Shown: piece by piece, positions 58,283 through 64,000 of the stretch
How the letters are laid out: each line of letters starts with the position of its first letter
How positions within the stretch are numbered: the first letter of the stretch is position 1
DNA from: Dudresnaya verticillata
Taxonomy: Eukaryota
DNA length: 64,000 nt
Reading direction: 5' to 3'
NCBI GenBank assembly: GCA_977862235.1
Contig: OZ374564.1
Location: 1,426,001-1,490,000, forward strand
The notes under the pieces: model-generated
What the model was told of the DNA's origin: nothing
The model's input: the letters and a program-made list of their open reading frames with translations, nothing else
Databases searched by the model: none
Translations under genes and position numbers: made by a program

Positions 58283-58947
58283 AAGCTTGGATGGAATTCT
58301 TTGCGAATGTTTCTTCACTGGCCCACATCAAATCTTCTAGATTGCACAAGGACCTTGAATTGGGCGTTTCCAACAACAGTTCCAGGCTGAAGAGCTTGGA
58401 AACGATTCATGGGATATGCTGCAGATTTCATTACTTCACAATAATGTTTTAGCGCGCCACATTCACGCAGGTCTTCAATAAAGTGAAGAAAACTGCCAGA
58501 ATTCTAGCATTCTGTCTTGGATGCGGAGAGAAACTAACGGCGACTTTCCACCACGCAATTGGTTTAATATTCCAGCTTGCAATGCTATGTTTCAAGTTCT
58601 TTTTAGAAGGGATGCGTTCATCTGTCATGCAATCGATCCTGCATTTAGAAACTTCCGTTTTGGGAGTGCATATGCAACTTAGGCTAGATAGGTGGAGCGA
58701 AGGATTTCGTGCGATACGCTCTGTCATGTTCCTATCATTCCCATCTTAGAAACTAAGGATGGAGCTGTTCGGGTTTTGAAAAGCTGTACTAGTGTAATCA
58801 AAGCTATTGTTATTCCGCACAGGCATTTCATCATTCAAATCAGCAGATGGAAACATTCAGGAACAGTCGATCGGCATAGCTCCCTCTGCATTCATTCCTT
58901 CGTCCATTTAAGGATACAGAGGCGGCGAAAGCATGTCGACATGGAAC

Positions 58948-58998
58948 AGAGAGAGAGAGATGGAGAGAGAGAGAGATGGAGAGAGATGGAGAGAGAGA
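58948..58998. repeat. GA-rich microsatellite
   Basis: (GA)n interrupted by TG. Confidence 0.85.
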
Positions 58999-60491
58999 TG
59001 TACGATTAATTCAAGGCAAATAGAAACGCCATATTTGGGCTTCAACAGTAATACTGAAGAGTGGCGGCGAGATAGTCGCCCCAGCAAGGGAACCTTTCGA
59101 GAGTAATGGTTTGCCATGGGGTTACCGTGAAAACACAACGTGACTGTGTGAGTCTTAGGTTGATTACGTCGACTGCCCGGCAAGTGCGCAGAGCTCGAAG
59201 GAAGAAAGCCTGCTTCAGCATTAACCAATCACTTCAAGTATCGGATAGCCAAATTGGGCCAAGTGGGCCAATGCCAGCTGAAGTAGATGCTTACGTGTAT
59301 CACGTATCATGCACAGTTCATCTCTCTCAGGGCCATTCTTTTCCGAATCGCCAGATGCCGTCATCGGTGCGGCTAGTAATACACCCACTTGAGAATGGGG
59401 TTGCCACCACCCATGTGTTGCACCATGTTCCGCGGGGTGAGGCCTAGCACGAGCAGCAGTGGCTGACTTCGGCAAAGAGCAACAGTCGCGTATCGCGTTT
59501 CGCTCATAAGGGTCTGCATCCTCGCATTGACCAGCTGGCGCATCGCCCCATCGCGAGCATCCCAACCAAATCGCTATGCCTCGCTCAAGCCTATTCGCCT
59601 TCCTCTCCATCCTCTCCGTTGCCACTGCAAACCCGACGGTTCTGTAAGCTCTATTCGACGCCGTCGGTGTCAGGATATGCAAGTGCTTCGTCGGTCGCCG
59701 CGCCTTCCGTCGTGCTGGGACGACTGCAAGCTGCAAGCGGTTTTTATGACCGCGACTAGGGCAGAGAAATGGCTTTGGCGTTCTTCATATTTATCGTTTA
59801 CTGAGGGCCGCTGTCGAGCTTGTTGCGGCTGTCAACTCGCGTGCACGTGGCGTGTGCCGGCGTTTGGGCTGCGAAGAGTGCTTGCTGCGGTCAACTGAAG
59901 CCCGTCAACTTGGAGGTGCACAGCATCTGGACTGCGGGCTTCCTTGTCGGCGCTGTTTGCTGCTGCCGTTGCTGGCGGCGAGACAGTTTTCGGGACACGG
60001 GGGCAGGCGAGAAACCGGATGTCAACGGTGTTGACAAGCGAATGCACGGCTCAGAGGTACAACAATGCATGCCAGCAGCATTCGACAACATCGGTTGCGG
60101 AGGTCAAAATCCAACAATCGCCGCTGGTGGCTGCGCTGGCACTCTACTGCTGGAGCGTTTTGTCAACGAGTTTATCGGGAGATAGTCAACTGGCTGCTCT
60201 TTCTACAGCCTTATTGGCCGTCGGGCCTCGTGACAATGCCCGACATGTTGAACTCAACTCGCTGATTGGCTTACCTGGACGAAGGCGGACAAGTTCTGCA
60301 AACGTCGACACCTCACACAAGGCCCAAGCTGGAATCGTGAAATGTTGTTGCACTCCGTCGCCCCATCCCCGTCCGCAACGCCAAACGAACCCGACGTTTC
60401 TTCCTCCTGCACCACTCTTTCCTAGTACTGAACTACTCTGTATCTTCCGGAACGTCGCTCAGAGGGTAAGTCAGCGGAAAGCTCCAACACA

Positions 60492-61586
60492 ATGTCCTCG
60501 AGCAATTGCGATAGTCGAACTGGGAGCTGGAATGGACCGTACTTCCCGCCCGAGGGTCGTGGGATGTTTATCGGCCGCCTTTCTCGCGATGGCTTTGTCG
60601 AGGCTACAGCTGAACTGTTGGATAGAAAAGTGACGACCTTTGGGATCTCAATGACCGACGATGGCGGCATAGACAGCCTGTTCTCATCCTGCAAGAAACC
60701 AGAGATCCCTCTCCGGGAGTACATTTTCCGCCTGGTGCGCTACATGCATGTACCCGCAGCAGCCCATGTCATTGCTCTCATCTACTTGGAACGTGCCACG
60801 GAAAACGGCAAAATCCCGCTAACCCAATTCACTGTACACCGGTTGCTTGCCACAGCGACTATTCTGGCGGCAAAACATGTCCAAGATCAAAAGTACTCGC
60901 AGGAAAAGCTCGAGAAGATTGTGGGCCTCAGCCGGGAACCCGGCGAGCTGCTGGCCTTGGAGAAATCACTCTCGGCTGCTATGTCCCATCGCTACAAAGT
61001 ATCGGAGGAAACCCGCAAAGTTCGGGACTTGGAGGCCCATTTGCCTGCCTTCTTCTTACCTTACACCTGGCGCTCGAGCGATCGTGGGCTATGCGAAACT
61101 CGCGTTCTTTCTGAATGCTCTAGTGATGACGATGGACTTCTGCTGTCTCCTACATTCGTCAATCTCGAAGAACATCGCCCCTACTTCTCAACCAGCCTTG
61201 AGACTGCATGGGACTTTCCTGGGGCAATATTTGGGACTGCCTTGCATCACGCTAGCGGCGCTCATCAAGCGTCCTCTGCGGGCCCCTCCGGCTGTGACAG
61301 TACTTGGTACAACAGAAACGATCTGCATTCCCTTTTCAATTTGCTTGACGCCGACTCAGGCTTCGACAATATGGACGGGGAGCACAATCCTGATGGAAAC
61401 GTCTTTATGCCACCAATTGACGCAGGACAGGCGGAACTCCGTGCATTTCACGTGACGCAGGCTGAGTACAACAAAAAGGTGCATGAGCTTGAAGAGGCAC
61501 TTCTGCAATCGAGAAGTTCATGCTTGATGTCAAGCTTGCATGGGCAGGCACCGGCGCATGGCGATAGAATGGAAGTGCAAATGTGA
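60492..61586 (+). CDS. Cyclin P/U (Pho80-like) family protein, divergent
   Basis: F..KKPEIPLREYIFRLVRY..ALIYLER..TVHRLLATATILAAK..ELLALEK matches the Pho80/CYCP cyclin-box pattern. Confidence 0.85.
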   Translation: MSSSNCDSRTGSWNGPYFPPEGRGMFIGRLSRDGFVEATAELLDRKVTTFGISMTDDGGIDSLFSSCKKPEIPLREYIFRLVRYMHVPAAAHVIALIYLERATENGKIPLTQFTVHRLLATATILAAKHVQDQKYSQEKLEKIVGLSREPGELLALEKSLSAAMSHRYKVSEETRKVRDLEAHLPAFFLPYTWRSSDRGLCETRVLSECSSDDDGLLLSPTFVNLEEHRPYFSTSLETAWDFPGAIFGTALHHASGAHQASSAGPSGCDSTWYNRNDLHSLFNLLDADSGFDNMDGEHNPDGNVFMPPIDAGQAELRAFHVTQAEYNKKVHELEEALLQSRSSCLMSSLHGQAPAHGDRMEVQM

Positions 61587-64000
61587 GTCAGCGCCGCTGG
61601 TTGTGGCGTAAATAACGGCAGCTGCTGCGGCTTTAGCTGACCTGAAGGCACTCGCCGTTCCAGTCCTTTTAGAACTCTGCTTTGCAGAACAGTTGGGTTC
61701 GTCAGTCGTCACACGTGGGCCTGAAGAGTGCGGCCAACAGCGTCGGGCGTTGCGGCGCGTGACGTCTGAATAAACAGAATGTTGAGGTGTGCCAACTCCT
61801 GCGAGGGGAAGGTAGACTGACGGAGAACAATGCAACCCGCATCGTTCCGAGCGGGAGATGCGCGATCCACGAGCACGCGGCTTGCGACCGGGGCTTCCCG
61901 CTCTGGTTGGTCCCCACTTTGGAAACGTCGTTGACGACCCGCGCAAGATAGCTGCGGCTGCGGTGGGGTAGAAGCTGCGCTTGGTGCTGCGACGGGCACA
62001 ACCATCCCGTGTTCGTCCTGGGCGTCACGGCCGCTGCAGGTTCCACAGGCAGGGCGGGGTTGTGTGGGGAGTTTGTCCGCCCTCGCGACTGTCTACAATG
62101 CGATTCTCGATGGGCGAGGAAGCCACGCCGCCGATGCTGATTGGTGGAACAGACATCCATTCTTCAGACAAACAGAAGCAAGTACTGTAACGTGCAGATA
62201 TTTTTCTCGTATAATCTCCCAGAGATTATCCAAGATCCTCATCACCACAGTTCAGGTTTAAAATATTTCGGTATTACATACAGTACCAGTACGGTACTAC
62301 TGTACGTGATTCGAGCTTTATTGGGGGCCTCGCGCTAGGAAAATTGCAACTGTACCGTTGTTTGTGATTCTACTTTTCTGTGCGCACCTACTCCGAACTA
62401 CGCTTGTAGGGCTGTTGACGGACGGCACGCCTCGAGGCGCAAGCCCCCGCGGTCTGCCAGCATTGCCGCGGACCGGCTGAACATCCCAGTCCTCGTAATC
62501 GACTTGGGCATGCCCGCGCTCGACGCGGCGCAGTCCGCGGCGTCGCGGAGGTAGTGCGAGGCCTCCGGCAACCAGCCTCCCAATGTACTAACGGTACTAC
62601 TGTACAGTATAGGCAATCTAAGCAGCCGCTCAACATTGGGATACATACTGCTCCCGAATGGCTTTCAGGGGATGCCAAATTAGAATATTCTTCAGAAAGA
62701 CATCAAGACATCCCTACAATGGGATCTCAAAACTGTTGCAACGCTGCAGGATAGTTCCCTACAATGGCAACCTGTCGGGGAAACAGTTACTGCCAACGGC
62801 CAGCCCCACGACCAAGCATGGCCAGCTCGTATCGACCTGCTGAATCTACACGAGGCAGAACGGCCAGTCTGACAATGCCCATTTGCTTCCCTCCGGATAA
62901 GCCTCTACACAGTACTGGCTAATGTTCAGGGTCCCCTGACATGGTTCAGGCCTAAACGACTTTCCGTCCGGCCCCGACAGACTGCAGGACCGCGGGTGTG
63001 GACACATCCACCTGTTCACGTCTGTCTGAATCGAGGCGGAGCCCGAGATCATGTGGCTCACAAATACTGCGGGTCGCTTGGGATGCCCAGCTGTAGGAAT
63101 AATAAAGGAAGCCCGCTGGCGTCGGACGACGACAGCGAGGGACCACACTCCTCAGCCACGCGGTGACTTTGCCCTCCGCTTTACCAATCCCAACCTTTCC
63201 CTTTCTCTACCTCGTACCTTTTTTTTAGGCTTCGCGATCTTTCTCTTCAACGGCGGACGCTGCTATACCTCACAATAGATGAGTTCGACCCGTTGGATAT
63301 TACGAGCACTGCCCGCATGCATCAACTAAGCGATAATGGTCTTTGAGTCTAGCTCTGGTTTAGCTCTGGTCTCTGAGAGTTGACAAAGGCATTTTCATGA
63401 CGGTCGGGTCAACAAATGATCATCCTGGTCTCAAAATTTCTGTCGCTATGAAGCTCCTTGATTGTTAAGGAATGAATTTTTAAATTGCATACGTTCTTTA
63501 CTACAATACGGCTGTACTCTAGTAAAAGATGGCCCTTTATCGAATGCCATCAATTCTAGCATGCTGTGTTATATGCGGAGCATACCTCAACTATGCAATG
63601 ACGGAGAAGTAATGTGTTCCAATTCTTCGACACGTAGAGAATTACCAAAGTATGGGATTATGACTTCGTTCCCGACCAGAACGTCACCTTCTCCGACCTA
63701 TTTCATATTCTCCAACGAAAAGCCCTCTTAGTTCATACCCATAGAAACACAATGAAATAGTTATATTCTGGAACTACACTCAAGATATGTTTGAGTATTG
63801 CTTTTCGGTCGCATCTGTCCACCGTTACTCCACCACGACCGCTAGTATCCGCATCTGGACCGCGCTGGCTACACTATCGCGTTCTGCACTTGTCTGACCA
63901 TCCTCATAACATCTCCTTCGTTTCGTCGATCCCCACTAGTGCTTTATCCGCTTCATCCCATTTACTTCTGCCGCTCTTGGGCTGGTGCGCTTGCTAGTGC

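Noticed and set aside
62291..62605. 15-bp direct repeat ACGGTACTACTGTAC 300 bp apart
   Set aside because: Low-complexity GTAC-rich motif recurring elsewhere in the window; no element structure between the copies.

Overview
Eukaryotic, transposon-dominated window. The element families, short GT-AG introns with CTAAC branch points and a Pho80-type cyclin suggest a florideophyte red alga; this is an inference. 1-5965: one end of a probable large CAC-terminated DNA transposon carrying an intact 569+ aa ParB/Srx-like (DGLHR) ORF that runs off the window and is absent from the ORF track. 5966-36837: a deep nest of Ty3/Gypsy chromodomain elements, comprising a chimeric element A, a decayed element B, a young 13.4-kb element C (835-bp LTRs, GTTCC TSD) and a solo LTR D. 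39578-50311: a near-intact Ty1/Copia with TG..AA LTRs, whose 3' LTR is interrupted by a very young, atypical Gypsy G (WLDD RT motif, 4-bp TSD, no tRNA PBS). Host genes seen: a spliced secreted-protein gene, a small secreted Cys-rich protein and a divergent cyclin P/U. Most notable: (i) B and C each carry a large antisense ORF between pol and the 3' LTR, and the two share an apparently unnamed conserved domain; (ii) C and its relative D are studded with short stem-loops centred on TCGA, with covarying stems, while the A/B LTR family carries a GATCC cluster. Together these suggest a family-specific protein plus cis-motif system. All alignments and counts were done by eye.
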